This document shows, in pieces, positions 1 through 8,816 of a stretch of 34,504 nucleotides of DNA. A program made the position numbers and the translations under genes. Each line of letters starts with the position of its first letter. The stretch's first letter is position 1. The notes below the pieces were generated by a model that searched no databases, was not told the origin of the DNA, and worked only from the letters and a program-made list of their open reading frames with translations. The DNA comes from Candidatus Limnocylindria bacterium (GTDB taxonomy: Bacteria > Chloroflexota > Limnocylindria > QHBO01), in assembly GCA_050691915.1 (NCBI GenBank), contig JBOGSY010000001.1, forward strand, positions 1-34,504, in the 5' to 3' direction.

Positions 1-1808
1 TGCCGGGCCTGGGGTGGTGATGGCTTGCCTTCGACGGCTGCGGCGCACGCCAGGAGCGCATAGGCCGAAGGGCGTGCATGGCTCAGGGCCAAGGCTGCCG
101 GCAGCGCTGCGATGAACAGCTGGCGCGCACTGGCCACGATCGCTCGATCATGGCTGCGGGCGATCGCCTCGCCAAGCGCCTGGACGGCGCGGCCATGGGC
201 GTCCTCCGAGCCGATCCCCTCGAGCCAGCGCCCGTCGCTCGTCCGGAGGTTCCGGAACCTGCCGGTCGCCGGGTTGAACGCGGATTGGAGGAACGCGAGC
301 TCGCGCCGGGTCGCAGCCGCGACGATCGGGCCTGCTTCCTTCGCAGCGTGGCGGAGGTCGACCCGCAGCAGCCGGGCAACGTCGTCGGTGCAGTAGCCGT
401 GGGTCAGATCGGGCCGGCGACCGTTGCCGAACTCGAAGATGCCCACGCTGTCGCTCAGCTCATCGAGGTGGCGCCGAGTCACCGCGGGGACTTCTCTGGC
501 CGCGGGAAGGGGATCCGGGACCTCGGGTGGCGGCCCACCGCTGTCGGCGACCGGGCCCAGCGACCGCACGACCCTACCCGCGGGCTGGATGACCATGCGC
601 GCAGGCTCCCGCGCGGGCCTCCCCTGTTCTGCGACGACCTCGGCGAACAGCCGCTTGTAGCGCTCCGCGACCCGCGGCCAGATCATCGTCCGGCCAAGTG
701 CCTGTGCTCGGCGGCGATGACTCTCCCGGCTGCCCTTATCGATGAGCAGGCGGGTCAGCGCTTCTGCCAGGGCATCAGCGTCGTCAAACGGGACGAGGAC
801 GCCGCGCCCCTCGCCGAGCAGCTCGATTGCGTGCTCGTAAGGCGTCGATATGACGGCGTCCCCCGCGGCGAGCGCGTAGGCAAGTGTCCCGGAAGTCACC
901 TGCTGGGCATTCTCATAGGGGGTCACGAAGATGTCGCTGGCCGACAGCCAGATCGCGAGCTCGGCATCGTCCACGTAGCGATTCACGAAGTGAACCCGGC
1001 CCTCCAGCCCCAGGCGGGCAGCCTGCTTTGCGAGCTCCTCGCGGTAGGTCTCCCCACTCCGGCGGCGGATGTCCGGGTGAGTCGCCACCACGACCGCGTA
1101 GCGAGCCTCCCCCACGTCCCCGCCGATCCGGGCGAGCGCGTCGATGACGAGCCCGAGCCGCTTGTGCGGTCCGAGCAGGCCGAAGCTGAGGATGAGCGGG
1201 CCGTCGCCCATTCCGGTCAGGGCCTTGGCCACTGCCGGATCCGGCGCCTTGAAGTCCGGCACCCCGTGCGGGATGACCTCCACCCGATCGGCTGGGACGC
1301 CATAGCCATCGACGAGGATTCTCCGGCCGCGCTCGGACATCGACACGAGCCGCGCGGATCGCGTGGCGAGCCGCTCGAGGATCTGCCGCTGAAGGGGGGT
1401 CGGGTGGGCGAGGATTGTGTGGAGCGTCGTGACGACGGGAACCGTCAGGGCATCGAGGAAACCCAGCAGGTGGCCGCCGCTCCGGCCGCCGAAGATCCCG
1501 TACTCATGCTGGATGCAGACCAGATCGACGCCATCGGCCTCGAGCATGGCGGCGAGGCGACCGTACTCGGCCCGGTCGCCCTCGTTCAGGCGATGACGGA
1601 CAACCGGCGGATAGGGGTGCTGCTCTCCGCGGCGCTCCATGGCAACGACCTGGAGTCCGTCGTACGTCAGCCGGTCTGCCCGAAGCCCCTCCACGAGGTC
1701 GCGGGTGAAGGTGGCGATGCCGCATTGTCGGGGCACGTAGGTCGCCAGGAAGGCGATCGACGGAAGTTCGGTTCCCGGTGCCGGTTCGTCGCCGAAAGGC
1801 GGCCGCAC
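1..1808 (-). CDS. Glycosyltransferase family 4 (GT-B fold) with a long C-terminal extension. It is partial because the C-terminus lies beyond the left window edge.
   Basis: Not in the supplied track because it runs off the edge. The reverse-strand frame is open from GTG (1808-1806) to position 1 in my hand translation. GGAGG (rc of 1815-1819) lies 6 nt upstream of the GTG. Translation: VRPPFGDEPAPGTELPSIAFLATYVPRQCGIATFTRDL...IQHEYGIFGG...VVTTLHTIL...LSFGLLGPHKRL...TPYENAQQVTSGTLAYALAAGDAVISTPY, a typical GT4 layout. More than 230 further residues follow the GT core. The 628-aa plus-strand ORF 78-1964 is its antisense shadow. Confidence 0.8.
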   Translation of the reverse strand, partial: MRPPFGDEPAPGTELPSIAFLATYVPRQCGIATFTRDLVEGLRADRLTYDGLQVVAMERRGEQHPYPPVVRHRLNEGDRAEYGRLAAMLEADGVDLVCIQHEYGIFGGRSGGHLLGFLDALTVPVVTTLHTILAHPTPLQRQILERLATRSARLVSMSERGRRILVDGYGVPADRVEVIPHGVPDFKAPDPAVAKALTGMGDGPLILSFGLLGPHKRLGLVIDALARIGGDVGEARYAVVVATHPDIRRRSGETYREELAKQAARLGLEGRVHFVNRYVDDAELAIWLSASDIFVTPYENAQQVTSGTLAYALAAGDAVISTPYEHAIELLGEGRGVLVPFDDADALAEALTRLLIDKGSRESHRRRAQALGRTMIWPRVAERYKRLFAEVVAEQGRPAREPARMVIQPAGRVVRSLGPVADSGGPPPEVPDPLPAAREVPAVTRRHLDELSDSVGIFEFGNGRRPDLTHGYCTDDVARLLRVDLRHAAKEAGPIVAAATRRELAFLQSAFNPATGRFRNLRTSDGRWLEGIGSEDAHGRAVQALGEAIARSHDRAIVASARQLFIAALPAALALSHARPSAYALLACAAAVEGKPSPPQAR

Positions 1809-1834
1809 GTGGCACCTCCAGTCTCCCAAATATG

Positions 1835-3808
1835 CTACTCCGAGATGTCGCCCGTCGCCCGGGCGCCTGCAGGAGCGTCGCCACGGACCGATCCGCCCAG
1901 TGCCAGCGCGACGACGACGGCCGCCGCCGCAGACCACGCGTGCGGGCGGCACGCGGCGGGATAGGGGATTGCGCGCGCCGACTCGTTGCGCGACACGCCA
2001 GCGAAGAGCTCTGGAAGGCGCCAGTCGAACGACGCCGCCGCGGCGAGGAGCCCTTCGGCGACGGTCCGCGCCTCCTCGGCAAAGCCGTCAGCCAGCATGC
2101 CGTCGATGATCATCGCGGTGTCGTGCGGCCACACCGCGCCGGCGTGGTAGCGCATCGGCCAGTAGCCGCCGTTCGTGGTCGACAGGGTCCGGATGCCGAA
2201 ACCGGAGAACATCGACGGATCCATGAGGCGGTCGACGACCGCCCGCTGCTCGTCGATTTCGAGGATGCCGGTGCCGAGCAGATGGCCCATGTTCGACGCT
2301 ATGCCGTCGACGGCGTGCCCCTGGGCATCGAGCGCCATCGCCGGGTAGCGCACGCCGGTCGCACTGTCGGTAACCCAGAAGGCGGCGCGGAATCGCTCGG
2401 CCATCTCCTCGGCCAACGAGCGCAGGTTGGCAGCACCGTCCCGGCCGAGGGCGTCCAGCAGCTCGGCAGCCTGGCGCGCCGCGCGAGCTGCGAATCCCTG
2501 CACCTCGCAGAGTGCGATCGGTCCGACCGCTCGAGACCCGTCTGCCCAGCGGATGGCATCGCCCGAGTCCTTCCATCCCTGGTTCGCGAGCCCGCTCCCG
2601 GTCCTGTCGTGATACGCCAGGAAGCCGCGGGGGTCGGCCGCAACGGCGGCGCGCAGCCACCCAACCGCCGCCTCGAGGTTCGGCGCGAGCGCCGCGATAT
2701 CATCCGGTGGCATGCCGGCGCGCCAGGCGTCGTGCAGGAGCGAGATCCACAACGGCGTCGCGTCGACGGTGCCGTAGTAGCGCGGCGGTAGCACGAACCG
2801 CTCGCTGCCGCCGAGGTGGTGGGTCACCTCGCGCCGCAGCTCGTGGATGATCTTTCCGGGCTCCTCGGCGCTGGCCACGTCGTCGTCCGTCCCCTGGAGG
2901 CGGGCGAGCGCAGCGAGCGTTCCGTGCGCGATGTGCGGAGTGGAGCGCAGGAGGAGGCTCGCAGCGATGATGCTGTCGCGACCGAAGAGGGTGAGGAACC
3001 ACGGCGCGCCGGCGCCGAGGAACCGCGCGTCGGGCAGGCCAGGCATGGCGAGCTCGAGACCGTCGAGGTCGTCGAATGCGCGCCGCAGGAGGCGGCCCAC
3101 GTCGAATTCCCGTCCTTCGGGGACGGCGACCCGTCCGAGGGTCGCGGCGACGTCGCGGGTGCTGGGAGCCGTGACCACCGCTCCGGTGTCGACGGCTCGC
3201 AGTGCCCAGCTCCCGGCGGCCGATCCGCCCGGAGGCGCTACGAGGTGCCAGGTGATGTCGAATCCGAGGTCGTCACGCGCACATGTGCCATCGGTCGAGA
3301 GGCGGACGCTGACCCGTTTGTCCTCGGTGGACCAGCCACCCTCGTTCACGCGCACGCCGCCGTGCCTGGTTCCCCCTGCCTTGACGACGTCCATCGGGGT
3401 CGCATCCGGTGTGAAATGCACCCCGAGCACGACCGTCACCGGGCCGCGTGAGGCGTTGACGATGGCGATCGACTCGGTCAGCGCGTCGCCCGTGATGACA
3501 CGCTCGCGCATGAGCAGGATCTCCGGGTCGATAACCCCACCGCCCCGGCGGACTACCGCGCGCAGCACCTGGCGTCGCGGCACGCCCTCGTCGGTCGCAA
3601 GGTGCGCGACCGACCATCCGTCGGTCTGCATCGAGAGCCCGCGCACGATGCGCATGTCGCCCAGGTACACGCCCTGTGCGCCCGCATCCAGCGCGATTGA
3701 GCCGTCGGCCGTGGTCCACGCCTGCATCGGCGCCGCCAGCAGGCATGAGAGGTCGTGGAGGAATGGCTGTTCCCCGTGGCGGCCGAAGTCATGGATGTCG
3801 TCGGGCAT
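1835..3808 (-). CDS. Amylo-alpha-1,6-glucosidase / glycogen-debranching-enzyme-like protein (GDE_N_bis + GDE_C type)
   Basis: 657-aa ORF with AAGGAG 6-7 nt upstream of the ATG (rc of about 3815-3822). Motifs APWFLTLFGRDS, GFLAYHDRTGSGLANQGWKDS and YHAGAVWPHDTA are characteristic of bacterial GDE_C (alpha/alpha)6 enzymes. It ends 26 nt before the downstream GT start, so an operon is likely. Confidence 0.85.
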   Translation of the reverse strand: MPDDIHDFGRHGEQPFLHDLSCLLAAPMQAWTTADGSIALDAGAQGVYLGDMRIVRGLSMQTDGWSVAHLATDEGVPRRQVLRAVVRRGGGVIDPEILLMRERVITGDALTESIAIVNASRGPVTVVLGVHFTPDATPMDVVKAGGTRHGGVRVNEGGWSTEDKRVSVRLSTDGTCARDDLGFDITWHLVAPPGGSAAGSWALRAVDTGAVVTAPSTRDVAATLGRVAVPEGREFDVGRLLRRAFDDLDGLELAMPGLPDARFLGAGAPWFLTLFGRDSIIAASLLLRSTPHIAHGTLAALARLQGTDDDVASAEEPGKIIHELRREVTHHLGGSERFVLPPRYYGTVDATPLWISLLHDAWRAGMPPDDIAALAPNLEAAVGWLRAAVAADPRGFLAYHDRTGSGLANQGWKDSGDAIRWADGSRAVGPIALCEVQGFAARAARQAAELLDALGRDGAANLRSLAEEMAERFRAAFWVTDSATGVRYPAMALDAQGHAVDGIASNMGHLLGTGILEIDEQRAVVDRLMDPSMFSGFGIRTLSTTNGGYWPMRYHAGAVWPHDTAMIIDGMLADGFAEEARTVAEGLLAAAASFDWRLPELFAGVSRNESARAIPYPAACRPHAWSAAAAVVVALALGGSVRGDAPAGARATGDISE

Positions 3809-3876
3809 CGGTCTCCTTACTCTACGCCGGAGGGGTTGACATCCTGCGCGACGCGATCCACGATGACCTTAGCGCA

Positions 3877-3890
3877 TTTGATCGTTCAAA
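3877..3890. promoter_or_regulatory. Candidate LacI-family operator in the divergent promoter region: 14-bp imperfect palindrome TTTGATCGTTCAAA with a central CG
   Basis: Left half TTTGATC versus rc of right half TTTGAAC matches 6/7. It is flanked by a second inverted pair, GCGCA (3872-3876) and TGCGC (3898-3902). It lies about 50 nt upstream of the lacI-type gene and about 70 nt upstream of the divergent glucosidase gene. The shape resembles LacI/CcpA operators (TGNAANCGNTTNCA class). Confidence 0.45.
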
Positions 3891-3938
3891 TCGACGCTGC
3901 GCGTTCCCTCTGGTGTCCAGATTGCCGCGGAGGTGAAG

Positions 3939-5018
3939 ATGCCCGCACGGCGCCCGACACTGGAGTCGCTGGCCACCGAGCTCGGTGTGTCGCGTCAGAC
4001 GGTGTCGAACGTGCTGAACAGGCCGTCAGTCGTTGCCGCGCCCACCCGCGAGCGGGTCGCAGCCGCCATCAGTGCCGCTGGCTACGTCCCGTCCCGTGCC
4101 GGCCGTGACCTCCGCACGCAGCGATCGCACGCCATCGGCATTCGCCTGATGCCGACCTTTGATGGCATCAACGGGCACATCGGCGACATGTTCCTGCACG
4201 AGCTCGCGGAGCATGCCCATCGCTCGGACTACCGCCTCGCGCTGTTTGCCGCTGCCAACGACGAGGACGAGCTCGCCACCTACGCTCGCATGCGGGCCGC
4301 AAACGAGATCGACGGTGTCGTGCTCACCTCGACCCGCATCGACGACGCCCGCATTCCCTGGCTTGTCAGGCACGATCTGCCGTTCGTGTCGTTCGGCCGG
4401 CCGTGGAGTCGCTATGCCGACCCGGCCGACGCGTCTCACGACTGGGTGGATGTCGACGGCGCCGCCGGGACCGACTCGGTCACCCGCCACCTCATGGCCC
4501 GCGGCCACATCCGGATCGGTTACCTGTCGTGGCCGGCCCGGCCGGACGTTGGCGGCGACCGCCTCGCCGGCTGGCAGCGGGCCATGCGGGAGAGATTCGG
4601 TGATCTCGATCTCGCCGCGCTCTCGGCGGAGTGCTCCGACGACGTGACGGACGCCCGCCGTGCAGCCGGGGAGCTGCTCGAGCGCGGCGTCACTGCCCTC
4701 GTCTGCGCTTCCGACACGTTGGCCCTGGGCGCGCGGGCCGCCGTCGACGCCCGTGGGTTGGCCGCACCGCACGTCCCGATCGTCGGCTTCGACGACACAC
4801 CCGTCGCCCGTGCGCTCGGGCTCAGCTCCGTGGCGCAGCCGGTCGTTCGGGCCGCGCGCACGACGTTCTCGCTGCTCGTGCGCCGGCTTGCCGGGGAGCG
4901 TTCGCCCGAGCACATTCTGCTTCGACCCTCACCGGTGTTCCGCGACTCCGAGGTCGCCACACCACCCTTCCCCGTGAACTTCGGAACCACCCAGCAGGAG
5001 GAGATCACTCAGCCATGA
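3939..5018 (+). CDS. LacI-family transcriptional regulator
   Basis: N-terminal HTH LESLATELGVSRQTVSNVLNRPSVVAAPTRERVAAAISAAGYVPSRAGRDLR followed by a periplasmic-binding-fold domain. The track start GTG 3933 overlaps the GGAGG RBS (3929-3933), so ATG 3939 is preferred. The stop overlaps the next gene's start (ATGA at 5015-5018). Confidence 0.9.
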   Translation: MPARRPTLESLATELGVSRQTVSNVLNRPSVVAAPTRERVAAAISAAGYVPSRAGRDLRTQRSHAIGIRLMPTFDGINGHIGDMFLHELAEHAHRSDYRLALFAAANDEDELATYARMRAANEIDGVVLTSTRIDDARIPWLVRHDLPFVSFGRPWSRYADPADASHDWVDVDGAAGTDSVTRHLMARGHIRIGYLSWPARPDVGGDRLAGWQRAMRERFGDLDLAALSAECSDDVTDARRAAGELLERGVTALVCASDTLALGARAAVDARGLAAPHVPIVGFDDTPVARALGLSSVAQPVVRAARTTFSLLVRRLAGERSPEHILLRPSPVFRDSEVATPPFPVNFGTTQQEEITQP

Positions 5019-6277
5019 CCCACCGATTTCTGCGCGTGCCGGCACTGATGGTCAGTGCCGCGCTCCTGATCGCCGCCTGTAATGGCGGCGGCGAATCCCC
5101 CGGAGCCTCGGCCCCGGGTTCGGAGGCCCCGGCCGCCTCAGTCGAGCCCGGTGCCGACCTTACGATCCTCATCGGGTCGTCCGGCGACGCGGAGACAGAC
5201 ATTGTGAAGAGCCTGGTCGCCGAGTGGGCGGCCGAGTCCGGCACGAATGCCGAGGTCATCGTCGCATCGGACCTCGGTCAGCAGCTGTCCCAGGGTTTCA
5301 GCTCGAACAATCCGCCCGACCTGTTCTACCTGGACACCAACGGGATGGCCTCGTACGCCGCGACCGACTCGCTCGAGCCGTATGCCGGTTCCCTCTCGAA
5401 CGCGGACGACTTCTATCCGAACCTGCGCGAGGCGTTCACCTTCAACGGCGAGTTCATGTGCGCGCCGAAGGACTTCTCGACGCTGGCGCTCATCATCAAT
5501 GAGGACATGTGGGCCGATGCCGGCCTGACCGATGACGACATCCCCACGACCTGGGAGGAGCTGGCTTCGGTCGCTGAGCAGCTGACCACCGCTGACCACG
5601 TGGGCCTGGGCTACGGGCCGGAAGTGCAGCGCATCGGCGTGTTCATGGCGGAGGCGGGCGGCGCCTTCATCGACGCCGACGGCACCACCGCAGTCGTCGA
5701 CTCACCGGAGAACGTCGAGGCGCTCCAGTTCGTCAAGGACCAGATGGCGGCCGGGTCGTTCAACTTCTCGTCCGATCTCGGCGCGGGCTGGGGCGGCGAG
5801 GCGTTCGGCAAGGGCCTGGCGGCCATGGTGATCGAGGGCAACTGGATCCAGGGCGCAATGACGAACGACTTCCCGGACGTCAACTACATGGTGGCCGAGC
5901 TGCCGGAGGGACCCGGCGGCAAGGGCACGATGCAGTACACGAACTGCTGGGGCATGGCCGCGCTGTCGGACAACATCCCCGGCGCGACTTCCCTGGTCGA
6001 GTTCCTGACGAGCACTGAGTCGCAGCTGGCCGCGGCCGAGGCCTTCGGCGTGATGCCATCGGTGGCATCGGCGGCGGAGGACTGGAAGGTTGCGTTCCCG
6101 GAGCTCGCGGCGTTCATCGATGGTGCCGCGTACGCCATCAACCTCCCCTCGGGACCGGGCACGGGTGACGTCATCACCGACTTCAACTCTCAGCTCGCAA
6201 CGCTGTCCACCACGGAGCCCGAGACGATCCTGGCCAGCATCCAGGAAAGCCTCCAGGCAGCCCTGGATAGCCAGTAA
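5015..6277 (+). CDS. ABC transporter extracellular sugar-binding lipoprotein (family 1 SBP)
   Basis: The real start is ATG 5015, in frame inside the 548-aa track ORF. Signal peptide plus lipobox MTHRFLRVPALMVSAALLIAAC, then a Gly/Ser/Pro linker. The body is typical of carbohydrate SBPs (NPPDLFYLD, CAPKDFSTLALIIN, GNWIQG). Confidence 0.85.
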   Translation: MTHRFLRVPALMVSAALLIAACNGGGESPGASAPGSEAPAASVEPGADLTILIGSSGDAETDIVKSLVAEWAAESGTNAEVIVASDLGQQLSQGFSSNNPPDLFYLDTNGMASYAATDSLEPYAGSLSNADDFYPNLREAFTFNGEFMCAPKDFSTLALIINEDMWADAGLTDDDIPTTWEELASVAEQLTTADHVGLGYGPEVQRIGVFMAEAGGAFIDADGTTAVVDSPENVEALQFVKDQMAAGSFNFSSDLGAGWGGEAFGKGLAAMVIEGNWIQGAMTNDFPDVNYMVAELPEGPGGKGTMQYTNCWGMAALSDNIPGATSLVEFLTSTESQLAAAEAFGVMPSVASAAEDWKVAFPELAAFIDGAAYAINLPSGPGTGDVITDFNSQLATLSTTEPETILASIQESLQAALDSQ

Positions 6278-6289
6278 GCTCTCGTCCAC

Positions 6290-6340
6290 GGTCCGAGGTG
6301 GTGCGTCCGCGCGCTGCCTCGGACCGATCCACCTCGGACC
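6290..6340 (+). promoter_or_regulatory. Intercistronic stem-loop between the SBP and permease genes
   Basis: GGTCCGAGGTGG (6290-6301) is the perfect reverse complement of CCACCTCGGACC (6329-6340). The loop holds a second CCTCGGACC (6317-6325) that could pair with the same 5' arm, giving alternative hairpins. Such hairpins after SBP genes usually act as mRNA stabilisers or partial terminators. Confidence 0.6.
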
Positions 6341-6386
6341 CGACGGCACCCGGATGGTGCTGACCTCGTTCATCGGTTGAGGCGAG

Positions 6387-7424
6387 ATGGCTGGAATGCG
6401 GTCGCGCGGCTCGATCCATGGCAACCGCGCCGTGGCTGGGTGGCTGTTCGTCGCCCCGGCCATCTTCATCGTCGGCCTGTTTGTGCTGGTGCCGGTCGTC
6501 ATGGCCGCGTGGGTGAGCATGTCGGACTGGTCGGGGATCGGTCCGCCATTCGCTGAGGGCGTGAACTTCGTCGGCGCCGACAACTATGCCGAGCTGCTCG
6601 GTGGGACCGGCCTCGCGACGCGAGATCTCGGCACCGCGCTCCGCAACAACCTGTACTACGTGCTCCTCGTCGTCCCGCTCCAGACGGCCGTCGCGCTCGG
6701 GCTGGCGATCCTCGTCAACCGGCGGATCATGCGTGCCCGTGGCTTCTTCCGCACGGCGTTCTATTTCCCGTCGGTGACCTCGTCGGTCGCCATCGTCGTG
6801 CTCTGGCTCTTCCTGTTCAGCGCCACCGGACCGGTGAACAAACTGCTCAGCTGGGTCGCGATCGACGGCCCGAACTGGTTCGAGGACCCGCGTGGCATCC
6901 TCCACATCTTCCTCGGCGCGTTCGGCGTCACCGGCCAGGACAACCCCCTCAGTGGCGCGACGTTCTTGGGTATCACCGGCTGGGACTGGGTCTCTGGCCC
7001 ATCGGTCGCCATGACGGCGTTCATCCTCATGGCCGTCTTCACCACCTCGGGCACGTTCATGCTTCTGTTCATCGCCGCCCTCCAGCAGATCAACGCCGAG
7101 GTCGAGGAGGCGGCCATGACCGATGGCGCAAACGGCTGGCAGCGCTTCCGGTACGTCACGCTGCCGATGCTCAAGCCGATCGTCTTCACCGTGGTGACCC
7201 TCGGGCTGATCGGCACGTGGCAGGTCTTCGACCAGATCTACACCGGCACGCAGGGTGGCCCGGCGAAGACGACGCTGACGCCAGCCTACCTCTCGTTCAA
7301 CGCGGCCTTCAACAACCAGGACTGGCCGCGCGGCGCGGCCATCGCCTTCATCCTGTTCGCGATCATCGTGGTCCTCACCGTGCTCCAGCGGCTGTGGATC
7401 GGGCGGACGGAGGTGGGACGGTGA
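6387..7424 (+). CDS. Carbohydrate ABC transporter permease (MalF/UgpA-like)
   Basis: 345 aa with multiple hydrophobic spans. EAA-loop-like region EEAAMTDGANGWQRFRYVTLPMLKP. The stop overlaps the next start (GTGA at 7421-7424). Confidence 0.85.
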   Translation: MAGMRSRGSIHGNRAVAGWLFVAPAIFIVGLFVLVPVVMAAWVSMSDWSGIGPPFAEGVNFVGADNYAELLGGTGLATRDLGTALRNNLYYVLLVVPLQTAVALGLAILVNRRIMRARGFFRTAFYFPSVTSSVAIVVLWLFLFSATGPVNKLLSWVAIDGPNWFEDPRGILHIFLGAFGVTGQDNPLSGATFLGITGWDWVSGPSVAMTAFILMAVFTTSGTFMLLFIAALQQINAEVEEAAMTDGANGWQRFRYVTLPMLKPIVFTVVTLGLIGTWQVFDQIYTGTQGGPAKTTLTPAYLSFNAAFNNQDWPRGAAIAFILFAIIVVLTVLQRLWIGRTEVGR

Positions 7425-8257
7425 GCGCTCGACGCCAAGGCTTGCTGGCGTGGGCGCCGTTCGTCGTGCTCATCGCGCTGGCGATCATCTACATCGCGCC
7501 ATTCCTCGTCCAGATCGTCAACTCCTTCCGGCCGGACGCGGATGTCGCTCGTGAGCCACTGTCCCTCGGGATCGGGACGTGGACGGCGGCGGCCTATGAG
7601 CGGTTGTTCATCCGCAGTGACTTCCCGCTGTGGACCATGAACTCATTCATCGTCACCCTCTGCGTCACGGTGGGCCGGGTCTTCTTCGTCAGCCTGGCGG
7701 GCTACTCGCTGGCGCGCATCCCGTTCCGCGGGCGCGGCATCGTCTACGCCCTGCTCATCGGGATCATGGCGGTCCCGGGCGTGGTCCTGCTGATCCCGAA
7801 GTTCCTCGTCATCAACCAGGTCGGCATCTACGACTCGTACGCGGGGATGATCATCCCCCTGCTGGCCGATGCCGCCGGCGTGTTCATCATGAAGAACTTC
7901 TTCGAGTCGATCCCGGTCGCCATCGAGGAGCAGGCGCGGATCGACGGGGCGGGCGTGTTCCGAACGTTCTGGTCGATCGTGCTGCCGATGTCGCTGCCGG
8001 CGGTGATGACCATCGTCATCCTGTCGTTCCAGGGATCGTGGAACGAGCTGAGCCATTTCATCGTGTCGACCCAGAGCACCGACCTGACGACGCTCACCAG
8101 GGGCGTCGCGCAGCTCGCGTCGGGGCAGCTGAGCCAGGGCTCCCAGTTCCCGATCAAGCTCGCCGCCGCACTGCTCATGACCATCCCGGTCGCCGTCGTG
8201 TTCTTCATCTTCCAGAAGCGGATCATGAACGTCAGCGCCGGCGCGGTGAAGGAGTAG
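7421..8257 (+). CDS. Carbohydrate ABC transporter permease (MalG/UgpE-like)
   Basis: GTG 7421 is in frame within track ORF 7217-8257 and is translationally coupled to the upstream permease. EAA motif EEQARIDGAGVFRTFWSIVLPMSLPA. About 6 TM segments. Confidence 0.85.
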   Translation: MSARRQGLLAWAPFVVLIALAIIYIAPFLVQIVNSFRPDADVAREPLSLGIGTWTAAAYERLFIRSDFPLWTMNSFIVTLCVTVGRVFFVSLAGYSLARIPFRGRGIVYALLIGIMAVPGVVLLIPKFLVINQVGIYDSYAGMIIPLLADAAGVFIMKNFFESIPVAIEEQARIDGAGVFRTFWSIVLPMSLPAVMTIVILSFQGSWNELSHFIVSTQSTDLTTLTRGVAQLASGQLSQGSQFPIKLAAALLMTIPVAVVFFIFQKRIMNVSAGAVKE

Positions 8258-8282
8258 CCTCAGCCGAGCGGCATCTTTGACG

Positions 8283-8816
8283 TCACGCGACCTTGGCGGT
8301 CGCTGCGGCTCGATGGATCAGGTCCCGTCCGAGAGCGACCCACCAGCCGACCCAGCTGACCAATAGGACCACCCCGACGACGGACCACGCCGCGACGCCC
8401 AGGGTTGGCCATGCGATCGAGGAGGCGACGAAACTCACTGCCGCCGCGAGCGCCCAACCGGCGACCGAGCGCGATGCCACCTGCGGGTGACCTTGCCACG
8501 CGAGCTTGGCGTAGCCGATGCCCCAGGCAAGCACGGCCGACATGCCGATGCCCACGGCCACGAAGGCCGGACCGATCCGGATCACGCCCGCCGCCTCGGG
8601 GAGCGGATCGCCGACGGGTACGAAGCTCGGTACCGTCGCTATGCCGATCCCGCCGGCAATGCGCCGGTCGGATTTCTGCGTCAAAGAGAGCGGCTGAACA
8701 CCGGCAGGGCGAATCGGTAGGTGGCACGTATTGGCCGACAGAGGAGTCCGCGTGCCAACGGCCCGACCCAGAAGTCGACCGCGGCGGTGGCCGCGCGGAC
8801 TGTCGGCTTGGGTCAT
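8283..8816 (-). CDS. Small hydrophobic membrane protein of unknown function; start uncertain
   Basis: The C-terminal ~130 aa of track ORF 8283-8942 are strongly hydrophobic with high GC3 (IAGGIGIATVPSF...GPAFVAVGIGMSAVLAWGIGY...WALAAAVSFVASSIAW...VVGVVLLVSWVGWWVALG). The N-terminal Arg-rich part looks non-coding. The true start could be ATG 8816 or an internal TTG near 8690. Confidence 0.45.
   Translation of the reverse strand: MTQADSPRGHRRGRLLGRAVGTRTPLSANTCHLPIRPAGVQPLSLTQKSDRRIAGGIGIATVPSFVPVGDPLPEAAGVIRIGPAFVAVGIGMSAVLAWGIGYAKLAWQGHPQVASRSVAGWALAAAVSFVASSIAWPTLGVAAWSVVGVVLLVSWVGWWVALGRDLIHRAAATAKVA

Noticed and set aside
78-1964. 628-aa plus-strand ORF, the longest ORF at the left end
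   Set aside because: It is Arg/Ala/Gly/Pro-rich low-complexity translation. It lies exactly antisense to a minus-strand frame that encodes a recognisable GT4 glycosyltransferase with its own RBS and GTG start. This is a typical high-GC shadow ORF.
4631-5014. 5' extension of the SBP ORF (track start 4631) overlapping the LacI gene
   Set aside because: The extension is an Arg/Pro/Gly-rich off-frame read of the LacI gene. The signal peptide and lipobox begin at ATG 5015, which is coupled to the LacI stop.
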